Assembly: GCF_009914755.1 (NCBI RefSeq)
Contig: NC_060929.1
Strand: one strand, 5' to 3'
Source: the human T2T-CHM13v2.0 reference genome, Homo sapiens
Length of the DNA: 64,000 nucleotides
The position numbers and the translations under genes are program-made. How positions within the stretch are numbered: the first letter of the stretch is position 1; each line of letters starts with the position of its first letter. Below are positions 49,323 to 64,000 of this stretch, one piece after another. The notes beneath the pieces are model-generated. The model did not search any database and had not been told where the DNA came from. It saw only the letters and a list, made by a program, of their open reading frames with translations.

Positions 49323-51141
49323 CTAGAACACTGGCTCCCTGGGATGCTCTTTCTCCCTGTTTCTGTTTGTCCCTCAAATACTGACTTAAATGTCACTTCC
49401 TAAGACTTCTCTGACCTCTCCATCATTCCAAATCAGGTTCCCCTTATTCTCTTGGTAGTCTTCTCTTTGTGGCCGAAAATTTACTTATTTATGTAGCTGG
49501 CCCAGATGCAGACATTCAATAAATATGTATCGAATAAGAAAGAATAAATACAGAGTCACTCCCTGTACCAACCACCTCACCTCCCGCCCCCACATACCGG
49601 GGATTAGCTTGATACCTACAGAGTGTGAGGTCAGGCAGTTCTGGGTCGGAATCTTAGTTCCACTATTTACCAACCTTGGGCATGTGAACTGACCCTCAGT
49701 GTCCCTATCTGAGAAATGGGGGTCACGCTGCCGTAAATGTAGAGTATTTGGTGTTAACAGCAGCTCAGCAAGCCTAGTGGCCCTTCCTCTTCCCTCAAGC
49801 TGGGGAATCAAGTCTCAGAGAAGTTGAATTGATCTATCTCTGTCAAAGGCTCTTTGGGCTTTCAAAGAAACCTGCTTTGAGAAATGTGCAATGAGGCTTT
49901 CTACCTTTGAGCTGAGGTGCCTCTGTCAGTGTGTCCTCTGCAGAGCCCTCAAACCAAGTAGAATTAGCAGCTCTGAGCCTCAGCTTGTTCCCCTCACTGG
50001 GAAAAGGGAGATTCTTTGTCATGGAAATAACAATGTAGGACTGCAGCATGCCTATCCTGTTTAGTTTGAGAATCTAGCTGATCACTTCGCTAACCCAATT
50101 AGGGGGTGCAGGGAAGGCATTCATTACAAGGGCTTTGCTCTAAGGGACTGCATTCCTCCCCAGGCACTCTTGACCTAAGTCCACTTGAAGGCCGCAGCAG
50201 CGCAGTGCAGGAAGCCAGCCCCTCTGCTGAGTGGCCTGGATTCCAGAAACAAAAGAGCAGCCTGCCCTAGGGCGGCTTCTAAAGCTCTCCCCAGATTAGG
50301 CAGGAGCTTGGCAGGCATTCAGCAATCAGGCAGGCGCTGGGCGGGCAGGAACCTGGCCAGGCAGGGTGACCTTCCCCTCAGCATGCCTGGCAGGGCCACA
50401 GGCGGTGAGAGTGTGGGCAGCAGAAAGGCTAGGGGGAGGCTGTAGAAGAAGGGGGCTGAGGTGGGAGGGGAGGGAAGGGCAGAGGCTTCCTGATCACTCT
50501 CCCTCCCCAGCTGTTGGCCCTTGATCACCTGACTCAGGGAAGCCCATCTGCCGCAGGAGTATCTAGAGATGAACAGGTGGAGGCATGGACAGATGGCCAT
50601 GGTGGAGTTCCGGGAAAAAGAAATCCACCTTACAAAAACCCCTGCTTTTGTCATCACAGTCCTTTATTATTATTATTATTTTTTAACATAATAGCTACGG
50701 GCTAGAAAAAACTTAGAAAAGATACATCAAAATATTAACAGTGGCTACGGAGGAGAGGTCGGGATGGGCACTGAGATCTTGCATTTTCACGATCATGCTT
50801 TTCAACAGCCTGAATTTTTCAAAAATGCTCAATGCATAACCACTTTATTACTTCAGTTACTATGTTTTCAGTTTGGAAACAAACAAAAAGACTAGATACC
50901 CACTGTGTTACAAGGCCCAGCTCAAAATTTATCCCTGAGGATTTCCTAGCAACCCCACATCATCCCTTTAACAAAATCTGCCCTGTCATAATAACACCCC
51001 ATGCCCAGTAAGTATCCCACTTCATCTTCCTACAATGCAAAGCCCCTTCCAGAAGGAATTTTCCATTTTTTTCTTTTCCTTTCTTTTTCTTTTTACTAAT
51101 TATAAATTATATGTTCACTGATGAATCTTAAAAAGAATAAC

Positions 51142-51406
51142 CAGCCAGGTGTGGTGGCTCACGCCTGTAATCCCAGCACTTTGGGAGGCTGAGGCGGGCG
51201 GATCACGAGGTCAGGAGATCGAGACCATCCTGGCGAACATGGTGAAATCCTGTCTCTACTAAAAATACAAAAAAATTAGAGGCTGAGGCAGGAGAATGGC
51301 ATGAACCCGGGGGGGCGGAGCTTGCAGTGAATGGACATCGTGCCACTGCACTCCAGCCTGGGCGACAGAGCGAGACTCTGTCTAAAAAAAAAAAAAAAAA
51401 AAAAAA
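51142..51406 (+). mobile_element. AluY/Sc-like with a deletion at the start of the right arm
   Basis: aaaattag is joined directly to aggctgaggcagg; TSD aaaaagaata. Confidence 0.88.
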
Positions 51407-52808
51407 GAATATCATCACTCATATTCCCTCACTTAGAAGGATTCAGACAGAAGTACTACTAGGTTCTACCTGGATTCTTCAGATATTTCTTTGTGCAAAC
51501 TCTCATAAAATGCCATAGCGATCTACAACTGCTTCCCACTTGCCCCTCAGAGAGCATGGGAAACAATGTCTGCAATGGCTGCCTAGTTTTCCACCGTAAG
51601 GTTGTGCCATGACGTCATCAAACCCAGATTTTGGGCATGTGGGCTGTTTCTCTTCCTTCAGGTCCCTGTTCAGACCATTCCTCAGAGGCCATCCCTGACC
51701 TCCCTCCTACCCAGCAGCCTCCTGTGGGCTTCCCACCGCCAGCAGCCACTGCACATTGAAGCATGTTTAGGAACTGTCCCCTGCCCCCCACAGAAGGGGG
51801 TTTCCATGAGGGACGGAGCTGCTTTTCTCTCCTGCCCTTGGCCATACCCTTGGTCCCTGGCACAGAGTAAGTACTAATGAGTAGCTGCTGGCTCAGTGAA
51901 TGGACGTCTGAATACATGGAGAGTGTTTTGAGGAATCTTCCCTCTGCCTGTGGCCCTCTATGCCCTCCCTTCCTCTCGGGACTCCCTTATCTACCGTGGC
52001 TTCCTTCCTTAGGGTAACCCATGGCAGAGGTCACTGCTCCCCAAGTGGGAAACCCCACTGTGACGTGTGAGCCAGCATTTCTGAGACCAGAGGAGCCATT
52101 CTGGGGGAAGGAGAGGTGGCTGCCCCTTTAGAAACCACTCTCCTTGCTGCCCAAGAGTTTTGCCTGGGGGTTCTCAAGCAGAAAGAGGATTACCTGAGAG
52201 GGAAAGTGCCCCGGAAAAGGCCAAGGACTCATGAATCACAGCCCACCTAAAGCCCCAACCTAAGCTACACGGAGAGACAGAGAGGCAGCAGGGCTGCCTG
52301 GACAGGTCTCTGAAGATTCCAGGCATGTGTCTGGTCCTTGGCTGCTTTTCCCAACCCCCGTCCCCAGGTGCTGACCTTGGCAGAGTGACAAACACTTCCC
52401 ATACCTGTGCTGGGCTCAGACGTGCCCGGGAGTGCAGGTGAGGCCAGGTGAAATGCAGTCACTCAAGACCCTGGGCCCACGGCCAGATGTGCAGGGCAGA
52501 GACTGCCCCCAAGAGAACCATACCTATCACTGCTGCATAGCCGGGGAGGGGGAGGAAAAAATTCAGCATGTGCTCTTCACACACAGGCTTTGAAAGCATT
52601 TTGAGGCTAACCTCGGAGGGGTTAGAAGGTGACTTGTACTATGAAAGTTCCGCCAGGCACCCTTGGTTTCTTCTATTAGGGGAGGAAGTGAAGTCCTCGG
52701 TTTAACTTTTAGTGTCCTGCACTGCATTATTTTCTTCTAATTGCCTTGAGGTTTTACTTCTCATTATTAATCCACTTTTCCTTCAGATCTCAGCTTAAAA
52801 GTCACTTC

Positions 52809-53134
<326 letters not shown>

Positions 53135-53480
53135 TGAAAAAGGTGTTTCAGGCTCATGCTTCTGTGAGATCCCCCCCAAGCACCTAGGACTTTTTATCTA
53201 CTCATTCATTTGCTCTTACTGTCCTCCTGCCTGCTAGACTGTAACCACCATGAGGGCACAGACTGGGCTTGTCTTGTTCAGCTCTGTGACCCCAATACCT
53301 GATGCAAAAGGAACACCTGATAATTACAAAAACCTCCATATTTCAGGAATGGCAAATACTTAAACAGGTGAGAAAAAACATTATTTGTTCCTGATCTTAG
53401 GTTGTATAAACCTATTTATCATAATAAGCAATTCCCAGTACTCATGAAGACCAGCGAGGAGGCATAAGAAACAGGGCAGG

Positions 53481-53652
53481 GGCTGGGTGCAGTGACTCAC
53501 ACCAGTAATTGCAACACTTTGGGAGGCTGAGACAGGAGGATCGCTTGATGAGACCAGCCTGGGCAACATAGAAACACCCCGTCTTTACTTAAAAAAAAAA
53601 AAAAAAAAAAAAAAAGAAAGAAAGAGAGAGAGAAAGAAAGAAAGAAAAGAAA
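53481..53652 (+). mobile_element. FLAM monomer with A/GAAA tail
   Basis: Single Alu monomer. Confidence 0.8.
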
Positions 53653-54446
53653 GTAAGTGAGGGAGTTGGATTCCAGCAGAAAGAGAAAGCTCTGTCCTTG
53701 CCCTGGGGTGACATGTGCCTCAGTCTACCCAAGAGCAACAGTGGGTTTCCACGGAAGAAGCGGGTCAGTGTTTATGGAGAAGTGGAAGCTTCAAAAATTA
53801 TAAACTGTGCACCTAGCAGTCATTTTTCAAAGGCAATGTTTCCTAATGTGTGTTCTGTGGCACACTAGTCCCAAGATATGCTCCCTGAAAAAAAGGGTTC
53901 TGTGGGCCACAGTTTGGCGAAACATCGCATACTACATTGCTCCTTAAAGGAAGCCTATATTAGCCCAGTAGAGGCCCTGAAACATTTGTTCGTCAAAAAA
54001 ATAATATAACTTTGGAAAACTCTAGGCTGAATTTATCCACAGGACACTCCTCCTGCCCTCCTCCCTCTTTGGGGGCAGAGTAACATCCCAGAAAGCTGAC
54101 TCTGGGAAAAGGTGCCTGAGGGTGCCAGCTACGGGGCACCTGGTATGCCAGCGAAAATGAAACTGCAGTGCATCCACAAGGCGAGACTTGCAAAAATCCC
54201 TGGCGTGATGCCTAATAATTCAATGATTCTAAACCTAGAGATTTACTGAAAAGCTTGCCGAGATTAAGAACCACAGCTTTCACCTGCAGAAACGCCCTAG
54301 TAAGAACGTCCACATGGCCATGGCATCAGGAGCCTAGGAGAGGCTTACAAAAAGCGCATGGCAGCTCACAGAAGCCCCAGGCAGCCAAGTGCTGGGTGTC
54401 CTGCCTTGGGAGGTCCAGGTGCCCATCTCTTATATATTATGTATAT

Positions 54447-54640
54447 AATATGGTGATTTCCCAGGGGTGGGGAACCACCAGGTTGTTTAAGGAGGGGTGA
54501 ACTGGCCCGACTTGGAAATGGAACAGGTCAAAACCCCCATGCTGATCACTATTGGGATCATACCTCTGAATACGCGCTGCATTCAAGCCTGGGCATCACA
54601 GTAAGACCCCGTCTCTTTAAAAAACAAAACAAAACAAAAA
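54447..54640 (+). pseudogene. 5'-truncated 7SL (SRP) RNA retrocopy
   Basis: S-domain sequence aatatggtga...accaccaggttg..taaggaggggtgaac...caggtcaaaac...gctgatca, ending gaccccgtctct plus an A-rich tail. The S domain is absent from Alus. Confidence 0.9.
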
Positions 54641-54877
54641 CACTAAACTGCTTCCTCCGTGGAAACCCTCTGTTGCTACTTGGTAGACCGAGGCACACAC
54701 CATCCTAGGGCAAGGAAGGACACAGCCTTCTCTTTCCTCCGAAATTTAGCTCCTCCAGCTTCTCATACCTTCCCGCAAGTCTTCATGAGTATTTGGAATT
54801 GCTCATTATGATGAATAGTTTTATAGAGCCTTATGAGATATATAGATATCTCTATACATACAGATAGATATACATTA

Positions 54878-55255
<378 letters not shown>

Positions 55256-55677
55256 ACTTGAAAGTCTGTATGTATATATACAATTTAATATTTTTTTCTA
55301 TAATTTGGCAGACACTGCATTCCATGCATCTTGTACTCTAATTCTCCAACAGACCCACAAAGATTGGAAGCTTCAAAAATTATAAACTATGCACCTAGCA
55401 GTCATTTCAAAGGCAATGTTTCTCAATACATATTCTGTGTCACACAATCTCAAAATATGCTTCTTACAGAAAAGGGTTCTGAGATTACCAGCATCCCTAC
55501 ATTACAGACAAGGATGGCTCAGAGAGACTAAGTAACTTGCTTAAGATCACCCAGTTAATAAATGGTGAATCTGAACCTGGGTCTTCTGACTCTACTGTTT
55601 TCTAGACACTATGTTCTCAAAACACTGTGTTCTAACCCTCCATGTGATAGTTTAGGTTTGTTTGTATTTTCCTTTCA

Positions 55678-55986
<309 letters not shown>

Positions 55987-57684
55987 ATGTTTTATTTAAC
56001 TGATTATAAAATACTTAATCACTATAGGAATTTTAGAAAATACAGAGGAGCACAAAGAGAACTAAAGTCTCCAGCAATTCCATCAGCACGTAAATACTCG
56101 GAGAATGTACACATGTCGGCATGCGCATGTCCGGTCCTGTTTCTCTGTGCGCACGCATGTCCACTTCTCTCTCTCTCATGGGACTATCTCCTCCCTTACA
56201 ACTAGAACGTAAATGCTATGTGCATTTGCTATCTCCCCACACCCACCCTCCGAGGTGGAACCAGCACTAGCCCTAGTAGCCAGGAAACTGAGGCACAGAA
56301 GTATAACTGCCAAGGCCACACTGCAGGTGAGTGGTAAATCTTGGGCTTGGACATCAGAGGAGCGGGCCAGGGCTTGGGGTATGACAATACTTGGAGGGCG
56401 ACAACCACTTCGTAAACAGCTCAAGGTGCAGTAAAGCAGGGCTGAGCTGCTCTCAAACACCAGCCACCAAGAGAAACCACTCTGCTTTCCTCCTCCAATC
56501 TCCCTACCATGCCTATCCCTACTGCTGCCAACAAGAGCCCGGGAATCCACGCCCTGGGTTGAGACAACAGCTAGAGGGGTCTTGTCTAAGAACAAAGAAC
56601 CGCAGAGAGGTGAAGAAACACCATGTGTAACCAAGGTGACCAACAGGAAGTGGAGACTTGCAAATGTAAAGTGGCAAAGAAAGGGGGAGAAAGGCTGGCT
56701 CTTCAGAGGCCTCAGTACACAGCACGACCTGGGAGGCCCAGCAAGGCAGGAGGCTCACCCTCCTTCCTCTCTCTGCCCCGATTGCTTCATAAGGCCCAAG
56801 GAAGCATTTTCCGTAAAGCATCAACACCTCTGTGGGAACACTATTTCAACATTCTTGAGAGGGTGGCCCGTGTCACATAAGGCCAACAATGCCCGTAACG
56901 TCCCCTCCTGCTGAAGTCCAGCCTGTAGCTTCCTTCCAGCAGAGTGAAAGGTAACCCAGGCACCACATCCGCAGCCGGCGTCTGTACTACTCCTGGGCAG
57001 ATGGCAGGCAGGCCAGCTCCAAGCACACCTCCTCATTCCCGGAAGCCAGAGCCACTGCCCTTCTGGGCAAACTCTGTACCAGGCCCAGCCACAGCTGCCA
57101 GGGCATCCACAGTGACCACACACATGCGTGCACAACCCTCACTGGTCCCCCATCCAACCCATGGCTCTGGGGCCTCCAAACACCCCCATACACAACATTC
57201 ATGGCCTTTTTAAAAGACGCCACACCCTCCAACTGAATTCTTTACTTCTGCCAGCTTCCTACAGGACCGCATCCCCCATACCTTCTGGAGTGGAGGACTG
57301 GGGTGCCCCTCATCCTCCCACGCCCTCTGTTATCCAGGGGAAGAGGTCCCGATGTCCCCCTCCATGCTGGTTCTCTGTCACAGGTCCAATTCTTGGATCT
57401 CTCCGCTTTCCTCCTGGATCACTCTGTGGAGTGGCTCCAAAGCTCTTCCCTCCACACCTCCAGCTCCTGCCCCCGATTTCCAGATTCCTTTTGTGGATTC
57501 TCCTGGGAGCTTCGACCCTAATGAGAAGCCCAAAATGGGACAGTAGGGTGACTGCACCACTACCCCCTCGCTGCGACTCTACTTCCCTACCCATCTACAG
57601 TCCAAAGGTTTCTCAAATGGGTTGCCAGTTGACCACACGCATTCAAATCCCCTGGGGACCTATTTAAAAAGGGGGTTCCCCCCC

Positions 57685-58451
57685 GTACTGGGATGAATAG
57701 TATTTCCCTGACAATTCTTGTCTACTCAAAACCTCAGAATGTGACCTTATTTGAAAATAGTCAGCCGGGCACAGTGGCTCACACCTGTAATCCCAGCACT
57801 TTGGGAGGCCAAGGAGGGCGGTTCACGAGGTCAAGAGATCGAGACCATCCTGTCCAACAGGTGAAACCCTGTCTCTACTAAAAATACAAAAAATTAGCTG
57901 GGCATGGTGGTGCACACCCGTAGTCCCAGCTACTCGGGAGGCTGAGGCAGGAGATCTCTTGAACCCGGGCACTGGAGGTTGTAGTGAGCCGAGATCGCGC
58001 CACTGCACTCCAGCCTGGGCGACAGAGCGAGACTCTGTCTCAAATAAATAAATAAATAAGAAAATAGAGTCTTTACAGATGCAATCAAGTTAAAATGAGG
58101 TCATATTAGATCAGGATAGGCGCTAATCAGTGTTTTGTGTTCTTATAGGAAGAGTAAACAGAGACAGAGACACAGAGGGAAGACGAGGTGAGGACAGACA
58201 AGGAGGAGAAGGCCTTGTGAAGATGGAGGCAGAAACTGGAATGATGCAGCTACAAGCCAAGGAAGACCACGGATAAAATGCCAGCTGCTGCCAAATGATA
58301 GAAGAGCAAGGAAGGACCTTCCCCTAGAGCCTTCAGAGGGAACCATGGTCTGCTGACACCCCGATGTCAGACTTCTGGTCTCCACAACTGTGAGAGAATA
58401 AAGCCCCAAGTTTGTGGCACGTTGTCACAGTAGCCCTAGGGACCTAATACA
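57685..58451 (+). mobile_element. MLT1C-like MaLR LTR interrupted by AluSc (57763-58058)
   Basis: aacctcagaatgtgaccttattt, gtgaagatggaggcaga, cccctagagccttcagaggg, ending taataca; Alu TSD gaaaatag. Confidence 0.85.
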
Positions 58452-58561
58452 CCCTCTATTTCCTGTCTCACCGAATCAGAATTCCTGGGGATGGAGCTGG
58501 GCACCTATCTATGCTTTACAAGTTCTCCGCTTGAGCCTGATGCTCAACTATAACCTCCATG

Positions 58562-58609
58562 ACACAATTTTTGTTCATCCCCAATTGTGTACACAATTTT
58601 TGTTCATCC
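58562..58609. repeat. 19-bp direct repeat, period 29
   Basis: acacaatttttgttcatcc x2. Confidence 0.85.
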
Positions 58610-60090
58610 TGTAGGCAGTGGCTAGCACAGTGTGTAGCATGCAGTTGGCTGCTAAAAACAGTGTGTTAAATGCAGGAATAAACATGCAGATATTCAAGAA
58701 CCACCAGTGCCTTGGTCAGTACATTTAACTCATCCTTTTTCTTTCTGAAGCAACTTTAATAATCAAGCCAGATAACATACACAAGGCACTTAACAGTTGC
58801 TAGCACTCTGCAGGTGCCCAATGAACATCAATTCCCTTCACTTACAGGGCAGAGGGAGTCCTTCAACTGACAGTTTCCAGAAGGGGCCCTCCAAGAATAA
58901 TGTTTACTATGAAAAAGGCTGAACAAGCTCAGCTAAGGAAAGTTACTTTGTTCCAACTAGCAAGAAACTTGAAATCTTCCACGCTTTTTGTTCGCTGGTC
59001 CTTTTGACCCTATTGTCTACAACCTGTCAAATATCCTCACTTCCTCCCCTAGTTCAGATGCCATCGCTTTGGGGCGACTGCAATAACTGTAATAACTAGT
59101 CTCTGAGGCCAGGGTGCATTTCCAGGGAGCTGGCACTCTCCTCCCCACCCTTCCCATTGCCCTCCATGGGTTCTCAGGATAAGGTTCAAACATCTAGGAA
59201 GACCCACATCCTCTAAGCCAGTGTTCCTGGTGCATCTCCTGGTCCTCCCCACAACTGACCAGGCTGCCCCTTGCAGGCCGCTAATGCTTGACTCTCCCTA
59301 GCTGCCCTGGACCCTGCAGAGAGATGAACTTCACACCTGTCTCTGCCTGGCAAACTTCTACTCATCCTTCAAACCCAAATCAAACAGCACCTCCTCCTTG
59401 AAGCTTTTTAAGACTTCCTTGGGCAACTGGACCTGTCTTTGGTATAGCGGTAGGAGTGAGCTTTGGAGCCAGGTTGCCTACTAGCTATGTGGGCTTGGGT
59501 AAGGTATGTAACTCTCTAAACTTTGCATGTCCCATCTGTAAAATGGGGATAAGTATAGGACCTACTGGAAGGAGTTGCCTGAGGACTTAGCTAATGGAGG
59601 GGATCTCAAGCTCTCAGCACATGGTAAGCACCCATTAAAAGTGGACTATCATTACTAACATTAAATGGCTATTATGGCCATTAACATATGGCTATAAGTG
59701 GTTTGATATGACTATATCTTCAGCTATGCTAAGGGCCTCAGGGCAGGTTTTGGGTCATGGTTTCTCCTGGCAGAGCCTCCCACAGGTCTTGCAGATTACA
59801 CATGAGGCTCACTAAATGACCACTGGATAAAGAGGCTGCTTTCGCAGGCACTGTGTGACAACCAAGCCAAGAAGATGGCCCCAGAAAATTAGCCAGAGCT
59901 CTGCCTTCCCCACAGTTGAAGCCAGCAAAGCCCACCAGTGACTGCTTGGCTTCTTCCTTCCTAACTAGAATGCTGAATCCCCTCTTCCTGAAACATGGCT
60001 CTGGGGAGGTCCTGGGAAGATAGATGTCCCTAGTGATCTGACAAAAATTCCCGCAGAAACCACTTCAGAGCCCGTCTTAAAAGTAACCAT

Positions 60091-60237
60091 GGCTGGGTGC
60101 AGTGGTTCACGCCTGTAAGCCCAACACTTTAAGAAGCCAAGGTGGGAGGATCGCTTAAGCCTAAGAGTTTGAGACCAACCTGGCAACACAGTGAGATCTC
60201 GTCTCTATTTACAAAAAAAAAAAAAAAAAAACAAAAC
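60091..60237 (+). mobile_element. FLAM monomer
   Basis: Left monomer with A-tail. Confidence 0.8.
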
Positions 60238-60771
60238 ACCGGAGAAATAAACCCTGAAGTATTAAGGGATAATAGGGCATTATTTTTGCAACTTGGTTGA
60301 AGAAAAGAAATATAAATAGAGAAAAAGAATGACAGGACAAATGTGTTAAAATGTTCACAAAATTGCATATTATGCTTGCAACTCTTCTCTAAGTTTGAAA
60401 TGATTTCAAAACCAAAAGTTAACACAAAAGGAGAGACCGAAGAGAAATTCCAGCGCCAAGTCAACAGCTTTGCTCCACCAACCCCCGCCTTCTCACCTAG
60501 CTTGGTGGCTGCCCAGGGTGTCAGCTCTGCTTGAGGGGAAGTCCATGTTATACCATCACCAACTTGGAGGCTGCATTGCAAGTCCTCTGCTCTATGTGTG
60601 CCTTATCTAAGGTCAGGCGGGGACAGCAGATCCGCAAAATATTAAGGCTTTAACTACCTTGCTTAAAAGGGGGACTCTGGTCAAACATTTAACCCCTCAG
60701 AAGCCATTTTTCTACTAGTACATGGTGGAGTTACTGGTAGCCATGCTACCTACCCCACAAGACTATGTTGA

Positions 60772-60928
60772 GGCCGGGCGTGGTGGTGCGCACCTGTAAT
60801 CCCAGCTACTCAGAAGGCTGAGGCATGAGAATCGCTTGAATCCAGGAGGTGGAGGTTGCAGTGAGCGAGGTTGCGCCACTGCGCTCCAGTGTGGGCAACA
60901 GAGAGAGACTCTATTTAAAAAAAAAAAA
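60772..60928 (+). mobile_element. Alu right arm
   Basis: Right monomer with A-tail. Confidence 0.8.
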
Positions 60929-61526
60929 AGACAGTTTCGACAGTGAAGTCCAGGAAGGCAATTTGCGGGCTGCACAGCACAGACTTCAGTCAGATAAGGT
61001 GTCAGTGATGAGCAAATCCTGATGGAGGGACTCTTATGCAACACACACTCTGCTGAGAGCTGGAGAGACCCAGCGCCTGCTCCCCTGGGCCTACAGTCTG
61101 GGGAGGGAGCTAGCTCTACAACAAATAATTGCAGAAATAGGTGTATGATTACAAATTGTGCTAAGTGCTTAAGGAATCACCAAGGGTGCTCTGAGAACAT
61201 ACAAAAGGCCCAGCCCGTCCTTGTCTGGGAGTCAGGGACGGCTTCTCTGAGGAAGCGATGGACAACAGCTTGAGTCTACAGCTAGAAAACAGGTAGGCTA
61301 AAGCATATTATAATCCCACAACATTAGCGAAGTGTATAAACCAATCTGTTAACAATGAATTCAAGTTAAATGACAGTATGAGGAGGTAGCAGGTCAAATC
61401 CAGAATATAGGACATTTATCAGGACAAATCAAACTGTTTTCTCTGAAAATCAATGGCATGAAAAAAAATATTTTCAGGCAGGGTAGGGGACCATTGGAGA
61501 GTAAAATACTTGAGAACACTTACGTA

Positions 61527-62020
<494 letters not shown>

Positions 62021-62989
62021 TAAAAAAAAATGTAATGCATGGACTTTATCTGGATTATGATGTGAACAACTATAAAAACCATTTCTGAGACAACAGAGGA
62101 ATGGACAACAGAAGATATTAATGAATTATTGGTAATTATTTTAGGTGTGAAAATGGCATAGTTGTTATGTTAAAAAAAAAAAAAGCCCTTATCTGGTAGT
62201 GCCATTTATGGGTAAAATGACACACTGTCTGGGGGAGCAGATGAAACAGGTGAGGAAGCTGGGTGGTGGGTATGTGAGGACTCATTCTACTGTTCTTTCC
62301 ACATTTGTGTTATCTTTTTAAATTTCCACAATAAAAAGTTAAGGAAAAAACAATGGTTCACTCCAAAGAGTCGGAAGTGCTCTGAATTGCTTGGATTTTT
62401 TTTTTTTTTTTACAATAATCAGAAAAGTCCATTGCACACCAACGCTGTCTACCACGTTGCGTCTAATGACTGCACCATATTTTCATGCATGGACGGACCG
62501 CAGTGTGGCCAATTTCCTTCTGATGCCATTGAAGTTCTCTCCAACTTTCCCTTACAATAACTGAATCTATCCAATTCCCGATGCTTCTGTTCTGAATGAC
62601 ATCCTCTCCTTCCTCCTCGTGTCCCCCCAACCCTTCCACCCAAATCACTTGATGACCACTTCCAGACTTAGCAGCTGGCGGCATGGCATGGGTATCCATG
62701 TCACAAGAATGCCCAGGGCCTGGAACCATCTGCTCCAGGGACCTACAAGGCACTGAGTGCCTCAGGATGATTCAAATTCTGCCTCCGAAGGATCCAGTTA
62801 CCAGGGGCAGCACACACTGCAATGCGGGGACTAAGAGGGAGCTGGAGGAGTTTTCCAGCCAGGTCACCTTAACAGCCCTCATCCAGCCCTTGATGCAGGT
62901 CTCAGCCCAGTTCCGTGCTGCAGATGGGGCTCCATGAAGCCTAGAAAGGATTCAGAGTTCCCTTCCTCTCGCCTTGCCATCCTCTAGCA

Positions 62990-63209
62990 CAAGCGTGTCC
63001 AACCCACAGACCATGGGCCCCATGCTGCCCAGGACAACTTTAAATGTGGCAAGCACAAACTCCTAAACTTTCTTAAAACATTATGAGATTTTTTTGTGAT
63101 TCTTTTTTTAGCTCATCAATTATTGTTAGTGTTAGTGTATTCTATGTGTGGCCCAAGGCAATTCTTCTTCCAGTGTGGCCCAAGAAAGCCAAAAGATTGG
63201 ACACCCCCG
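62990..63209. mobile_element. MER30 (hAT-Charlie MITE)
   Basis: Terminal repeats caagcgtgtccaa / ttggacacccccg, internal aaactttcttaaaacattatgag, and hAT-type 8-bp target ctctagca/ctctagtc. Confidence 0.85.
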
Positions 63210-63419
63210 CTCTAGTCATTTTCCCACTCGAGGTTCCCACTCTTTTTTTTAAAAAAAGAGATAGGGGTTTCACTCTGGCATAATCATAGCACACTGCAGC
63301 CTCATACTCCTGGGCCCAAGTGATCCTCCCATTTCAACTTCTCTAGTAGGTGGGACTACAGGTGCATGCCACCATGCCCGGCTCCTGCTCCTTTTAAACA
63401 CAGCCATTCAGCACCATTT

Positions 63420-64000
63420 TTAACCTATCCAAATGGTACTAATTTTTTTTAAGGGTAATATCCAGGGTTAGCAAAGTTGCTGGGAAGCAGGCACTCTTCC
63501 ATACCACCACTGGAAGTATACTAGCGCAATCTTGTGGGAATGTATTACCTGGTGATATGCAAGGTTCTTAAAATCATACCCTGTGATTAGGGCTTCCACT
63601 TTAGGAACTTATTCCTGAGCATACTGACAGATATAAATCAAGGATCACCACAGCAGTGCTATATAAAATCAAATGGTGCACGAGAAGCAACTCAAAAAGG
63701 CATTCAGTGGGGAAATGGATGAACAAATTTTTATAGACATAAAACGGAATACTAATCAGCAATAAAAAGAAATAAACTCCTGATAGACACAACGACATGG
63801 ATGAATCTCAAAAGCATTACATTAAGTAAAAAGGAGCAGGCAGAAAGGAGTACATATATATAACTCCATTTATGTGAAACTCTAGAAAAGACAAATCTAA
63901 TTTACAAGGACAAAAAGCACATCAGTGATTGCCTAAGGCTGGGGGCAGGATGGGACTGATGAGGAACTTTCTAGGTTGATGGCAATGGCCTATGTCTTTT
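63420..64000 (+). mobile_element. Old L1M 3' fragment
   Basis: acatggatgaatctcaaaagcatta, ccatttatgtgaaactctaga and atcagtgattgcct. Confidence 0.75.

Noticed and set aside
57128-57667. 179-aa proline-rich ORF
   Set aside because: C-rich composition, non-ATG start and no homology that I recognise.

Overview
Primate (human-like), Alu-rich genomic DNA containing two convergent genes. On the + strand is the last exon of FABP6 (1168-1221, VSTIGGVTYERVSKRLA*, AATAAA at 1258). On the - strand are four constitutive coding exons of the cyclin J-like gene CCNJL (43081-43294, 22025-22327, 18105-18264, 15934-16354) and its 3' UTR; the start codon lies beyond the right edge. CCNJL introns contain an in-frame 144-nt exonised Alu cassette (38825-38968), an ORF-intact UQCRB retrocopy nested in an Alu, and retrocopies of BC200, 7SL and a tRNA-Gly(TCC) 5' half. 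About 45 Alu elements plus L1, LTR and DNA-transposon fossils are also present. The most unusual signal is the 303-nt exon whose acceptor reads cag|GTAAGT. This is a recursive or dual-specificity splice site whose regenerated donor becomes a perfect consensus specifically when the Alu exon is included. Gene and repeat names come from recalled sequences, not database searches, and repeat boundaries are approximate. Almost all ORFs in the supplied track are non-coding or Alu-derived.
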